64,000 bases of DNA from Dehalococcoidia bacterium (GTDB lineage: Bacteria > Chloroflexota > Dehalococcoidia > Lucifugimonadales > Lucifugimonadaceae): NCBI GenBank assembly GCA_022824185.1, contig JAJEAU010000023.1:16761-80760 (forward strand). Direction: 5' to 3'. Positions 18,938 to 28,454 of the stretch are shown here, piece by piece; the first letter of the stretch is position 1, and every line of letters begins with the position of its first letter. A program made the translations under genes and the position numbers. A model generated the notes under the pieces. The model made no database searches. It was not told where the DNA came from and saw only the letters and a list, made by a program, of their open reading frames with translations.

Positions 18938-21259
18938 ATGATCTGGCGCAAGCGCAAGATCCTCAAATTCGTCGCCGCGTTCGCACTCCTCGCCTGTTCG
19001 GCAACCGTCTTTCTCGAACAGCCGGCGTCCGCCCACGCCAACCTCCTAGAAGCGTCTCCCAATCCCGACGAAATACTCGACGTCGCCCCTGAACGCGTCA
19101 TCATTTGGTTCACCGAACCCATCGAACCTGCGTTCTCTAACATCCTCGTCCTAGATCCAGGCGGCGCAGACGTCACCGCCAGCGATACCGAGTTCGATCC
19201 CACCGAACCCACCACGATGTGGGTCCCGCTCGCACCGCTCGACAACGGAACCTACACCGTAGTGTGGCGAAACGTCTCCACTGTCGATGGACACAAAGTC
19301 GCAGGTTCGTTCCTTTTCGCCGTCGGCGAGCCTCTGGGCGCAGGCACGCAGGTCGAAGTCGCCGAACAACCCCTCATTTCTTCGCCATTGGATCCAATAA
19401 ACCGTTGGATCATCTACATTGGCATCGCAGTCTTCGCCGGCGGCCTACTCTTTGAACTCCTCATCGCCTCCCGCGTTGCCCGAGATGAAGACGACCGGCC
19501 CTCCTTGCTCTTCACTCAACTCGCCAGCTTCGGATTCGCATTCATCGCTATCGCTGCCATCGTGATTGTCGCACTCGCTCAACTCGCCCAGTTGGCCCTC
19601 CAAGCCTCTATCGCCTTCGATGTCCCGCTAAACGCCATTGGCCCCGGGCAATTGCTTGACGTCGCCACGGAAAGCGATTGGGGACGCTATTGGTCGTGGC
19701 GCATCACAGCGGCGATCCTCGCAGGATTGGCCCTTTTCGCAGCCATCCAACTCAGACGAGACGACCCATACACGAAAGAAACCGAAGACCTCGAAGAAAT
19801 GTCACTCGTCACCGAGACCCCCATGGGAATCGGTGCAATCGGCTTCGGCGCAATCTACCTCCTGTTGATCGCCCTCACCAGCCACAACGCGGCATCGCCC
19901 GCGGACATCCGTTGGTTCGCAATCGGCACCGATCTGATCCATGTCATTGCTGCAACCATCTGGGTCGGCGGCATCGCATACCTCCTCGCCGCATCCATCA
20001 TCGCCGCCCGTATCCCAGACGTTCACGCACCATCGGTGATCCTCAAATTCGCCTCACGATTCGCACCTTTGGCAATCTTCGCAACGACCATCCTCGTCGC
20101 ATCCGGAATCGTCTCCTCACTCATGCAGGTGACCATCCCAGAAGCCCTCAACACACCATACGGACGAGTCCTCGGCGCCAAGGTCCTGCTCCTCGTTCTC
20201 CTCATCGCATTGGCCGTAAGAAACAACCGATCCGTAGCCAAATCCCCGATAGACGAACAAACCGAAGACACAGCCACTGCGAACTCGCTCCGACGCTTCG
20301 TCACGATTGAACTTGGTGTTGCCTTCGCCGTCCTATTGGCGACGGCAGGTCTCGCCAGCCTGGAACCGGCTCGCCAGTATGCCGAACGACAAGGCATCGG
20401 AATTGCCGAAAACGTCAGCTATTCCGAGACTATCTCCGGCGCAACCATCAACGCCAAACTCGATCCCGGCAACACCGGCACGAACACCCTCACGGTCGAC
20501 ATTACAGACGACGACGGCACCCCATTCCTCTTCGCAACCGACGTCCGTGCTCGCATCAAATACCTCGACGACGAATTCGGCGAATACTTTACGCCCTTGA
20601 TCGAACGTTCCCTTGGCCACTGGCGACTCGACGACGTCACCATCGGCATCTCCGGCGCATACCAACTCGACGTCAACGTCGTCCGATCCGACTCCTTCGA
20701 CTCTCACATCTCAACCCGCTTCTCCGCCACATCGGCCACGTTCGCCGCCGATCTAATCCGCCCCACCGTCAAATCCGCAATGGTCGCATTCGGCATCCTC
20801 ATCGCCATCGCTGGATTTGCATACCTGGTCTCCACGGTCATCATAGCCAAACCCGTCACCCTCCAAATCCATCCTCACTACAGCATCTCCGTCGTCGTCA
20901 TTACCGTCGGCATCTTCGCAATCCTCAACGCCTTCACCAATGGCATAGGCATTCCCGACGAAGCAAAAGGCAACCCATTCCCTCTCACCCAAGAATCGGT
21001 CCAGATCGGCCAAGCGACCTACGCCACGACTTGTTCAACCTGCCACGGCGACACCGGCAAGGGTGACGGCCCCGCGGGGCTACTCCTCAACCCACCACCT
21101 GCCGACCTAGCGGTCCACGTCCCCCTGCACACCGACTACGAACTCTACTCCTTCATCTCCGACGGAATCGCGGGCACCCCAATGGTCGCCCAACGCGACA
21201 ACCTAACCCCCGACCAGATCTGGCACCTGGTCAACTACATCCGCACAATCGCCGAGTGA
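18938..21259 (+). CDS. CopC-CopD fusion protein with an Ig-like domain and a C-terminal c-type cytochrome domain
   Basis: Signal peptide, then a CopC-type start (ASAHANLLEASPNPDEIL...VIIWFTEPI...GTYTVVWRNVSTVDGHKVAGSFLFAVG). About 8 TM helices of CopD type. A YtkA/FixH-like beta domain. Then CSTCHGD...GTPMVA (CxxCH haem site plus distal Met). Start set at ATG 18938. Confidence 0.85.
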   Translation: MIWRKRKILKFVAAFALLACSATVFLEQPASAHANLLEASPNPDEILDVAPERVIIWFTEPIEPAFSNILVLDPGGADVTASDTEFDPTEPTTMWVPLAPLDNGTYTVVWRNVSTVDGHKVAGSFLFAVGEPLGAGTQVEVAEQPLISSPLDPINRWIIYIGIAVFAGGLLFELLIASRVARDEDDRPSLLFTQLASFGFAFIAIAAIVIVALAQLAQLALQASIAFDVPLNAIGPGQLLDVATESDWGRYWSWRITAAILAGLALFAAIQLRRDDPYTKETEDLEEMSLVTETPMGIGAIGFGAIYLLLIALTSHNAASPADIRWFAIGTDLIHVIAATIWVGGIAYLLAASIIAARIPDVHAPSVILKFASRFAPLAIFATTILVASGIVSSLMQVTIPEALNTPYGRVLGAKVLLLVLLIALAVRNNRSVAKSPIDEQTEDTATANSLRRFVTIELGVAFAVLLATAGLASLEPARQYAERQGIGIAENVSYSETISGATINAKLDPGNTGTNTLTVDITDDDGTPFLFATDVRARIKYLDDEFGEYFTPLIERSLGHWRLDDVTIGISGAYQLDVNVVRSDSFDSHISTRFSATSATFAADLIRPTVKSAMVAFGILIAIAGFAYLVSTVIIAKPVTLQIHPHYSISVVVITVGIFAILNAFTNGIGIPDEAKGNPFPLTQESVQIGQATYATTCSTCHGDTGKGDGPAGLLLNPPPADLAVHVPLHTDYELYSFISDGIAGTPMVAQRDNLTPDQIWHLVNYIRTIAE

Positions 21260-21262
21260 AAT

Positions 21263-22495
21263 CTACGAAAATCGGGCTTCTTCCGCAGCCCCCGAACCCA
21301 ACAACTCCGCAATCTGATCCTCACTGAATCCAGACTCCGCCAAAACCTCGCGCGTGTGCTGCCCCAACAACGGCGCAGGAGAGTGTATCCGCCCCGGCGA
21401 CCCATAGAGCTTCGCCGCTAACCCGATATTGCGTATCTCCCCAACCGTCGGATGCTCCAAACTCACATCCATATCACGCGCCTGAACCTGCTCATCGTCC
21501 CAAACTTGCTCCATATCGTAAATCGGCCCTGCCGGAACTCCCGCCCCATCCAGCACCTCGCACCAATCCGCAGTCGTCCGCGTCCCGAATGACTCCTCCA
21601 GATCCTTCTCCAACGACACCCGGTTCAACAACCGACCCGCATTGTCCTTGTATCGCTCGTTCTCCAACAGGTCCTCCCTGTCAATCGCCCGGCACAATCG
21701 CTCCCAATTTGACTGATTAGGCGCACCGATCGTGATATGCCCATCCGCTGTCTTCAAAGCCTGATACGGCGCAGACAAACGATGGGCTGAACCCAATGGC
21801 GGCGGCACCTGTCCCGTTGCGAAATAACTCGCCGACTCCCACACCGTATACGCCAACGCTGCCTCCATGATGCTCACCTCCAAAAACTGACCCTCCCCCG
21901 TCTTCATCCGGTGGATATATGCCGACAATATCCCGTACGCCGAATACAGCCCCGCATTCAAATCCGCCATCGGCACCCCAACCTTCACCGGGGGCGATCC
22001 AGATATCCCCGTGAAGCTCATCACCCCGCTCATCCCTTGCGCTATCAGATCAAACCCAGCGCGCTCCGCATACGGACCCGTCCGACCAAATCCAGAAATC
22101 GAGCAATAAATCATCCCCGGGTTCAGCTCTTTCACCGCCTCGTAATCCAATCCCAACCGACCCATCACGCCAGCCCGATAGTTCTCGATCACAACATCAG
22201 CACCCGCCAACAACCGCCGCATCGCCGCCACACCATCAGGATTCTTGAAATCCAGCACCACACTCCGTTTGTTCCGATTCATCGCCAGAAACGCCGCCGA
22301 CTCCCCCTCCAAGAATGGCGGCCCCATCCGCCTCGTATCATCACCTCCGCCTGGCTTCTCGATCTTCACAACATCCGCACCCATGTCCGCCAGAAGCATC
22401 GAGCAATAGGGACCCGCAAGAATCTGCGAGCAATCCAATACCTTGACGCCATCCAACGGCGACGGCATCCCAGCCGAGTTCGGCAACTCCATCAC
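21263..22495 (-). CDS. Family III CoA-transferase (CaiB/BaiF/formyl-CoA-transferase-like)
   Basis: N-terminus PLDGVKVLDCSQILAGPYCSMLLADMGADVVKIEKPGGGDDTR is diagnostic of the family. Confidence 0.9.
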   Translation of the reverse strand: MMELPNSAGMPSPLDGVKVLDCSQILAGPYCSMLLADMGADVVKIEKPGGGDDTRRMGPPFLEGESAAFLAMNRNKRSVVLDFKNPDGVAAMRRLLAGADVVIENYRAGVMGRLGLDYEAVKELNPGMIYCSISGFGRTGPYAERAGFDLIAQGMSGVMSFTGISGSPPVKVGVPMADLNAGLYSAYGILSAYIHRMKTGEGQFLEVSIMEAALAYTVWESASYFATGQVPPPLGSAHRLSAPYQALKTADGHITIGAPNQSNWERLCRAIDREDLLENERYKDNAGRLLNRVSLEKDLEESFGTRTTADWCEVLDGAGVPAGPIYDMEQVWDDEQVQARDMDVSLEHPTVGEIRNIGLAAKLYGSPGRIHSPAPLLGQHTREVLAESGFSEDQIAELLGSGAAEEARFS

Positions 22496-22544
22496 AACTT
22501 ATACCCCCAAGTCAATCCGATCAGACTCCCACGAACCGCACAAC

Positions 22545-23696
22545 CTATGCCCCTGACATCTGATAGATCTTCCCCTCCGTCTTAATTGCCGGCGCGTACA
22601 CCATCCGCGCACCGTGCATCTCCTTGATCGTCTCAGCGCCGACATACCCCATGCAAACCTGTAACGCGCCCACCAAATTCAAAGTCCCATCCGATGTCGA
22701 AGAAGGCCCGAAAAGCAACTCATCCAACTTGTACCTGACACCAAGATCGATCCGCGTACCGCGCGGCAACGAATCGTGCCAAGTGGCCATGCCCCAGTGC
22801 ATACCCTTCGCCGGAGCCTCCTCGGTCTTCGCAAACGGGCTACCGATCATCACCGCATCCGCGCCACATGCCACGCTCTTGCAGACATCACCGCCAGTCC
22901 TGATCCCGCCATCCGTCACGATCGACACGTACCGCCCCGTCTCCTCGTAGTACGCATCCCTCGCCGCTACACACTCCATCGTCGCCGAAACCTGCGGAAC
23001 TCCGATACCCAATACCTCTCGGCTCGTACAAGCCGAACCCGGACCCACACCAACCAGAATGCCGTGTACACCCTCTTCCGCTAACTCCTTAGTCACCGAA
23101 TATGTCACCGTATTCCCGACAACCACCGGCACCCCGACATCTTCCACCAATTCGGACAATCGCAGCCCGATCGGACTGTTCTTCGATCGGTGCCTCTTCG
23201 TGATCACCGTTCCCTGCACAACCACCATGTCCGCCCCCGCCTCCGCTGCCAACGGTGCATGTCGTTTAGCCGTCTGCGGCACAAACGACACCGCCGCCTT
23301 CCCACCGTTCTCTTTAATCTCGATCACCCGTTGACCCACCAGATTTGGATCGGTCGGCTTCGAATACAACTTCTGCAGCAACCCTGTCGCCTCATCCTTA
23401 GGTGCCGACGCGATCTCCTCGTAAATCGCTGCGGTGTCCTCATACCGCGTGTGCAACCCATCCATGTTCAGGACCGCTACCCCGCCTTTATCCGACATCT
23501 CCACCGCGAACTTCGGATCAACCACGCTATCCATCGCCGACGCCATGAACGGGATATCGATGCTAAAACCATCGAAACTCGTCGACACATCCGTCATGTC
23601 CGGGTTGACCGTCTCATCCCCCGGTACTATCGCCACATCGTCATATCCATACGCCGGAGGAAGGGATTGCATCCCGATGGGTAAATCCATATTCAC
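22545..23696 (-). CDS. GuaB3-type IMP-dehydrogenase-family protein (no CBS insert)
   Basis: IMPDH/GMPR TIM-barrel motifs (…DGGIRTGGDVCKSVACGADAVMIG…). A length of 383 aa is typical of GuaB3-like paralogues. Confidence 0.85.
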   Translation of the reverse strand: MNMDLPIGMQSLPPAYGYDDVAIVPGDETVNPDMTDVSTSFDGFSIDIPFMASAMDSVVDPKFAVEMSDKGGVAVLNMDGLHTRYEDTAAIYEEIASAPKDEATGLLQKLYSKPTDPNLVGQRVIEIKENGGKAAVSFVPQTAKRHAPLAAEAGADMVVVQGTVITKRHRSKNSPIGLRLSELVEDVGVPVVVGNTVTYSVTKELAEEGVHGILVGVGPGSACTSREVLGIGVPQVSATMECVAARDAYYEETGRYVSIVTDGGIRTGGDVCKSVACGADAVMIGSPFAKTEEAPAKGMHWGMATWHDSLPRGTRIDLGVRYKLDELLFGPSSTSDGTLNLVGALQVCMGYVGAETIKEMHGARMVYAPAIKTEGKIYQMSGA

Positions 23697-23914
23697 AGAC
23701 TCCTATGCTGCTGATGGCCTGATCGCACGCTAGTCCCTACACCATCGACATAGCCGACCCTGATTCGCGCGATGGTAATCGAAGACGTTGAACAACGCCC
23801 GCCGAACCGAGTATGACCTAAACGACCCAAATCAAATGCGATACTGGATTCACTCCATTATCGCAGATTTCCCGAAACTTCGCGACCCCGGATCGACCGC
23901 CACATCACCTTCAA

Positions 23915-24802
23915 TTGCCCCAGGTCAAACACAGAAACATAGGCATTATAGGCCCAGGACGATTGGGTTCTTCGCTCGCTTCGATGTTGCGCGAGCGTCA
24001 CCCCCTCGTCGCGATCTCCTCGCGCGACCCGGATCGCCGCAAGAGGCTCCAAACTAAATTCCCAGAATCAACCATCCTGGACGACTACACCCAGATCATC
24101 GAGCCTGCCGACACCATATTCATAACCACTTCCGATTCCGCCATCAAAGATATCTGCAACAACATCAAATGGCAAGCCCACCATAGCGTGATCCACTGCT
24201 CGGGCGCCCTCACCCTCGACGTCTTAGCATCGGCCAGAAACGCCGGCGCCTCAACCGCAGGTTTCCATCCGCTACAGACCTTCCCTTACCACGACGCCGG
24301 ATGGCTCTTCGAAGGTGCATCCTTCGCGATCGACACCCAAGACGAAATCCTGAAACGATGGCTTGAAAATCTAGTCACGAACCTAAACGGGAACCACTTC
24401 GCCATCGAAGGCAAAACCGCCCACGCCGCGTACCATGCCTCCGCCGTCCTGGCCTGCGGACTTCTCGCTGGACTAGTAGGCATATCCGCCGAACTCTGGA
24501 AAGCCGCCGATATCGACCGTACCCGAGCCCTCGAGCTTCTCTCCCCGATCCTCAAATCGACCATCGAAGCCATTACCGATGACGGCATCCCCGAAGCCAT
24601 CTCCGGACCCTACGTCCGAGGCGACATCCAAACCATCAAAACCCACTTGGAAACTACCAACAACACAAATCCCGACATCTCCCGAGCCTACGCCGCCTTA
24701 GCCCTGGCCCAACTTCCCATCGCAAACGAGAAAGGCAACCTAGACCCATCTACCCTCAACGAGATCCGCAAAACCCTAACCGACCACCTCGAATCACTGT
24801 GA
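23915..24802 (+). CDS. Rossmann-fold oxidoreductase with DUF2520-type C-terminal domain
   Basis: N-terminal NIGIIGPGRLG dinucleotide motif. Also ...GFHPLQTF..., AAYHASAVLACG, ISGPYVRGD, as in Rossmann-like/DUF2520 proteins. TTG start. Confidence 0.7.
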   Translation: MPQVKHRNIGIIGPGRLGSSLASMLRERHPLVAISSRDPDRRKRLQTKFPESTILDDYTQIIEPADTIFITTSDSAIKDICNNIKWQAHHSVIHCSGALTLDVLASARNAGASTAGFHPLQTFPYHDAGWLFEGASFAIDTQDEILKRWLENLVTNLNGNHFAIEGKTAHAAYHASAVLACGLLAGLVGISAELWKAADIDRTRALELLSPILKSTIEAITDDGIPEAISGPYVRGDIQTIKTHLETTNNTNPDISRAYAALALAQLPIANEKGNLDPSTLNEIRKTLTDHLESL

Positions 24803-26004
24803 CCTCCCACGACCTTTCCTTCACCATCCGCGAGATCAAAACCGCCCATCTCGCTTTCCCCGGCACGCCTGGCTACTGGGAACAATACCGCCGCCAAAAC
24901 GAAGATCCGACCGCCGCAACAACCCTTTCGCGCTACGAGTTCAAACCTGGATGGCAGACAGTGTACGCCAAGATGGTCGAGACTCCCTTGATCCGCGTCG
25001 AACTCACAGACGGCACCATCGGCTGGGGCGAATCCAATACGCCCGTCGCTCCCGAAATCGTCTGTGTCATGGTCGACGCCGCTATCGCCGAGATGGTCAT
25101 AAACAGAGAGTTCGCAAACCCAACCGAACTCTGGGACTTCGTTTACGACTCCCAACGCGGACGAGGCATCAACTCCGGATACTGGATGGACGCCCTGGCC
25201 GCGCTCGACATCGCCATCTGGGACGCCCTCGGAAAACGCAACGACACCCCAGCCGCGGTGCTCCTAGACCCCAACTTCCGCACCGACATCCCCGTCTATC
25301 TCTCCGGCCTCCGGCGCGCCACCATCGAAGAACGCATCACGCAAGCCCAATCCCTCGCCGATCAAGGCATCACCGGCGTCAAAATTTTCCAATCCGGCGA
25401 CATCGAAAACGCTATCCAAGAACTCGACGCCTTAATCCAAGGCGCTCCCAACATCCAGCAATGGATGGTCGACACCCTATGGATGTGCACCCTCCCTGAC
25501 GCCATCCAAGCCAAAAACGAATTCGGCGACCGCAACCTCCGCTTCTTCGAATGCCCCCTCCAACCCGAAGACATCGCTGGACACACCACCCTACACGAAG
25601 CAATCGGGGCGCCCATCGCGATCGGAGAACACTTCCGCACAACCTACCAGATGTCCGATTGGCTAACTCCTACCCCCATCTTTGACGTCTACCAACCTGA
25701 CATCGGCCGAACCAGCATCTCCGACTTCATCCGCCAACGCGACCTCGCCTACGCCGCCAACATCCCCGTCACGCCCCATATGGGCAACGGTGTCTCCGTA
25801 TTCCAGGCCGCAACCCTCCAATGCGCCGCCGTCTCGTCGCCCGAACTCCTCCAAGAGTTCCAAGGCGGCCTATCCAACCTCCTCAAACACGCCTCAGACA
25901 CCGGCTGGCAACTCAATGAAGGCCAATTCCACCTCCCCGACCGCCCAGGCATCGGCGTAACAATCAACGAGAACGACATCGAACCCCACATCGTCCGCAA
26001 TTGA
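24799..26004 (+). CDS. Enolase-superfamily enzyme (mandelate racemase / muconate lactonizing / acid-sugar dehydratase family)
   Basis: The layout has a capping domain plus TIM barrel (…GWGESNT…, AALDIAIWDALGK, FFECPL, QPDIGRTSISDF). The GTG start overlaps the upstream stop (GTGA). Confidence 0.8.
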   Translation: MTSHDLSFTIREIKTAHLAFPGTPGYWEQYRRQNEDPTAATTLSRYEFKPGWQTVYAKMVETPLIRVELTDGTIGWGESNTPVAPEIVCVMVDAAIAEMVINREFANPTELWDFVYDSQRGRGINSGYWMDALAALDIAIWDALGKRNDTPAAVLLDPNFRTDIPVYLSGLRRATIEERITQAQSLADQGITGVKIFQSGDIENAIQELDALIQGAPNIQQWMVDTLWMCTLPDAIQAKNEFGDRNLRFFECPLQPEDIAGHTTLHEAIGAPIAIGEHFRTTYQMSDWLTPTPIFDVYQPDIGRTSISDFIRQRDLAYAANIPVTPHMGNGVSVFQAATLQCAAVSSPELLQEFQGGLSNLLKHASDTGWQLNEGQFHLPDRPGIGVTINENDIEPHIVRN

Positions 26005-26027
26005 ACGGGGAAGTGACGCGTCCCCGT
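26005..26027 (+). terminator. Hairpin immediately after the enolase-family gene (possible terminator)
   Basis: ACGGGGA-9 nt-TCCCCGT directly after the stop. No U-run follows. Confidence 0.3.
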
Positions 26028-26115
26028 CGCATCCTAGCTCGACAAACATTCCCTCTCGAATCGCGCACCATCACCAAGAATCACAATCCCCAAATGTTGC
26101 AATCTGAAAACACAC

Positions 26116-27441
26116 GTGTGCTCGCATTCGACGAGGCACGAACCGCATCGCCAACGAATTCCAACCCAAAAAACAGTGCACGAACCGGCAAACTCATCAT
26201 CCCGTTCGTTCATCAGCACCGTAAACAGACACGGCTCCGAAATCGTCCACCAGCTTTTCGACCGCGGCTTTAACTGGATCGTAGCCTCCGAAGCCGTCGT
26301 CGATATCGGCGTCCTTGCCCGCGTCGCCGCCCAGTCTTGGGTGGCCTACGACCTCACCCAATCCACTCTCTGGGTCGGCGCCGTCGCCGCGTTCCGAGCC
26401 GTCCCATCTTTCCTCAGCCCAGCCGTCGCCGCATACATCGGCAACCGCGTCAACCACCGGTTCCTCGTCGCCGCAATGAGAGCATTCATCGGCGTCCTAG
26501 CGATCATCCAAGCCATCCTCATCGGCACAGGAGCGATGCGCCCATGGCAACAAGCCGTCTTGACCCTTCTGACGGGCCTCGCCATCGCTTTTGCCTGGCC
26601 GTCATTCGTCACCTTCCTCAACGACATCGTCCAACCTCGCCTCGCATCCCGAGCAGATGCCATCCTCGCCTTCGCGCACAACATCGGCGAACTCATCGGG
26701 CCTGTCTCGGTCGGCGTCTTCATCGCCCTCGCCGGCGCCGAATGGTCTTTCGTCTTCATCGCCATCCTCTACTTCGCAGGCGCATACCTCATCCTCAACG
26801 TCCCGACCCCAGAACGCGACTCCCGCGTCGGAAACTACCACCACTCCTACATCTGGAACCTCCGGATAGGACTCCGCCACATCGGACGCTCCCAGCCACT
26901 CGATTGGCTCATGGTCATGCTCCTCGCCACCAACCTCTTCGGCATTGCCGTGTTCCCGCTCATCCCCGAATATGCGATCGAAGTCTTCGACAGCGGAGGA
27001 CTCGGATTCGGCCTAATGACCGGCATCCTAGGCGGCGGACTGGCCGTCGGAGCTGCCTTTTGCGCATTGGTAGGCAGAGTAATCCGCGCCCCGATCGTCG
27101 CCATTCTCACCAGCTCGGCCTGGGCTGTCGGCACCATCGCGTTCGCATTCGCCCCGAACCTTCCAGCATCCCTCCTCATCCTGTTCTTCATGGGATTCGT
27201 CAGCGTCATCTGGAGCAACACCATCTTCACGATGTTCCGAACTAACCGATTCACCATCCTTCACCCACACATCATGACGCCATACTCCATCGTCATGGGC
27301 CTAATCCCCATCGGCTGGACCATCAGCGCCGCAATAGCCCACTTCACAACCCCAGAAACCGCCCTGCTAACCTCTGCCATAGCCACCATAACCCTCCCAA
27401 TCATCGCCTACATCGCCTCGCCGACTTTCCGACGCGCTTAA
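26116..27441 (+). CDS. MFS transporter (EntS/MFS_3-like), paralogue of 28455-29672
   Basis: 12 predicted helices. Aligns along its length (roughly one third identity by eye) with the downstream MFS gene. The start is uncertain (ATG 26116 or in-frame GTG 26176). Confidence 0.75.
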   Translation: MCSHSTRHEPHRQRIPTQKTVHEPANSSSRSFISTVNRHGSEIVHQLFDRGFNWIVASEAVVDIGVLARVAAQSWVAYDLTQSTLWVGAVAAFRAVPSFLSPAVAAYIGNRVNHRFLVAAMRAFIGVLAIIQAILIGTGAMRPWQQAVLTLLTGLAIAFAWPSFVTFLNDIVQPRLASRADAILAFAHNIGELIGPVSVGVFIALAGAEWSFVFIAILYFAGAYLILNVPTPERDSRVGNYHHSYIWNLRIGLRHIGRSQPLDWLMVMLLATNLFGIAVFPLIPEYAIEVFDSGGLGFGLMTGILGGGLAVGAAFCALVGRVIRAPIVAILTSSAWAVGTIAFAFAPNLPASLLILFFMGFVSVIWSNTIFTMFRTNRFTILHPHIMTPYSIVMGLIPIGWTISAAIAHFTTPETALLTSAIATITLPIIAYIASPTFRRA

Positions 27442-27563
27442 TGCAAGGGCGGAAAAACCCAATCAACTACCAACCCGAAACCACACCCCCGGCAATGACG
27501 TGAATCCAACGACCTCCCAACATGAGTGTGTGAGAGCGGCTGGTATGCTAATGACACTGTTGA

Positions 27564-27821
27564 ATGCATCAATTTCCGAGGTATGCAGGGTTGTCAGACT
27601 ATAGAGACATAATCACGATAGACCCGAGCAAACGTGGAGGAAAACCGTGCATCCGCGGACTTCGAATGACGGTCTACGATGTGTTGGAGTATCTGGCTTC
27701 GGGGATGTCTGAAGATGAGATTATGGCCGATTTTCCAGAGCTTGAAACGTCAGATATCCGAGCTTGTTTGTCGTTCGCCGCGGACCGTGAACGACGCTTG
27801 GTGTCGTTGCCAGTCGAATGA
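27564..27821 (+). CDS. DUF433-domain protein (putative antitoxin)
   Basis: ITIDPSKRGGKPCIRGLRMTVYDVLEYLASGMSEDEIMADFPELETSDIRACLSFA is the DUF433 signature. There is a 4-nt overlap (ATGA) with the next gene. Confidence 0.85.
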   Translation: MHQFPRYAGLSDYRDIITIDPSKRGGKPCIRGLRMTVYDVLEYLASGMSEDEIMADFPELETSDIRACLSFAADRERRLVSLPVE

Positions 27822-28150
27822 GGCTATTGCTCGACCAAAATCTCTCGCAACGCCTCAAATCGGTTTTAATCGATCTCTATCCGGATACTATTCACGTAAA
27901 AGATGTCGGGCTCGAATCAGCCGATGATATCAATGTATGGGCATTCGCCAGAGAGCAAGGATTGACGATCGTATCCAAAGATTCCGACTTCCGGCAGTTC
28001 AGCTTCGTGTATGGACCCCCGCCTAAAGTCGTATGGATCCGACGTGGCAATCGCTCAACCTCGGAGATTGCGTCACTGCTACGCGACCGTTACGAAGACA
28101 TCGCAGAGTTCCACGACGACGAAAACGGCGCTTTCCTCGCACTCGTCTGA
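27818..28150 (+). CDS. DUF5615 / PIN-like (Mut7-C-like) protein (putative toxin)
   Basis: MRLLLDQNLSQRL...IHVKDVGLESADDINVWAFAREQGLTIVSKDSDF is typical of the PIN-like partners of DUF433 proteins. Confidence 0.8.
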   Translation: MRLLLDQNLSQRLKSVLIDLYPDTIHVKDVGLESADDINVWAFAREQGLTIVSKDSDFRQFSFVYGPPPKVVWIRRGNRSTSEIASLLRDRYEDIAEFHDDENGAFLALV

Positions 28151-28454
28151 TCCCTTATGGCACAACCGCTCCCTTCGCAACATGAAGAGGGCGCGACATC
28201 GGCGTGGTACCGCCATGCGCCTAACCCAAAAGCTAGAGGGCATGGAAAGATGGGAACCGCCCCTTTCGGGTAACCCAAAACACCACCAACGGCGGCGAAA
28301 ATGGCGCGACCCCCCAATCTTCTTCACACTTTCCGAGGTGGGGACAATTCGTGCTGGGCAAGACAAACAACCAACACTGCGACCCACATATATCACCCCA
28401 AAAACCGACGCCCTATTCCTCTAGTCTTTCAAAATCTCGCGCATCATAGTTTTA

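Noticed and set aside
26337-27245. 302-aa ORF rich in Arg/Pro/His inside the first MFS gene (similar cases: 5451-6239, 28301-29086, 29135-29692, 19678-20310, 21911-22585)
   Set aside because: These are off-frame read-throughs of genuine genes. Their extreme R/P/H composition is characteristic of the +1/+2 frames of C-rich coding strands, and the overlapping frame encodes recognisable proteins.
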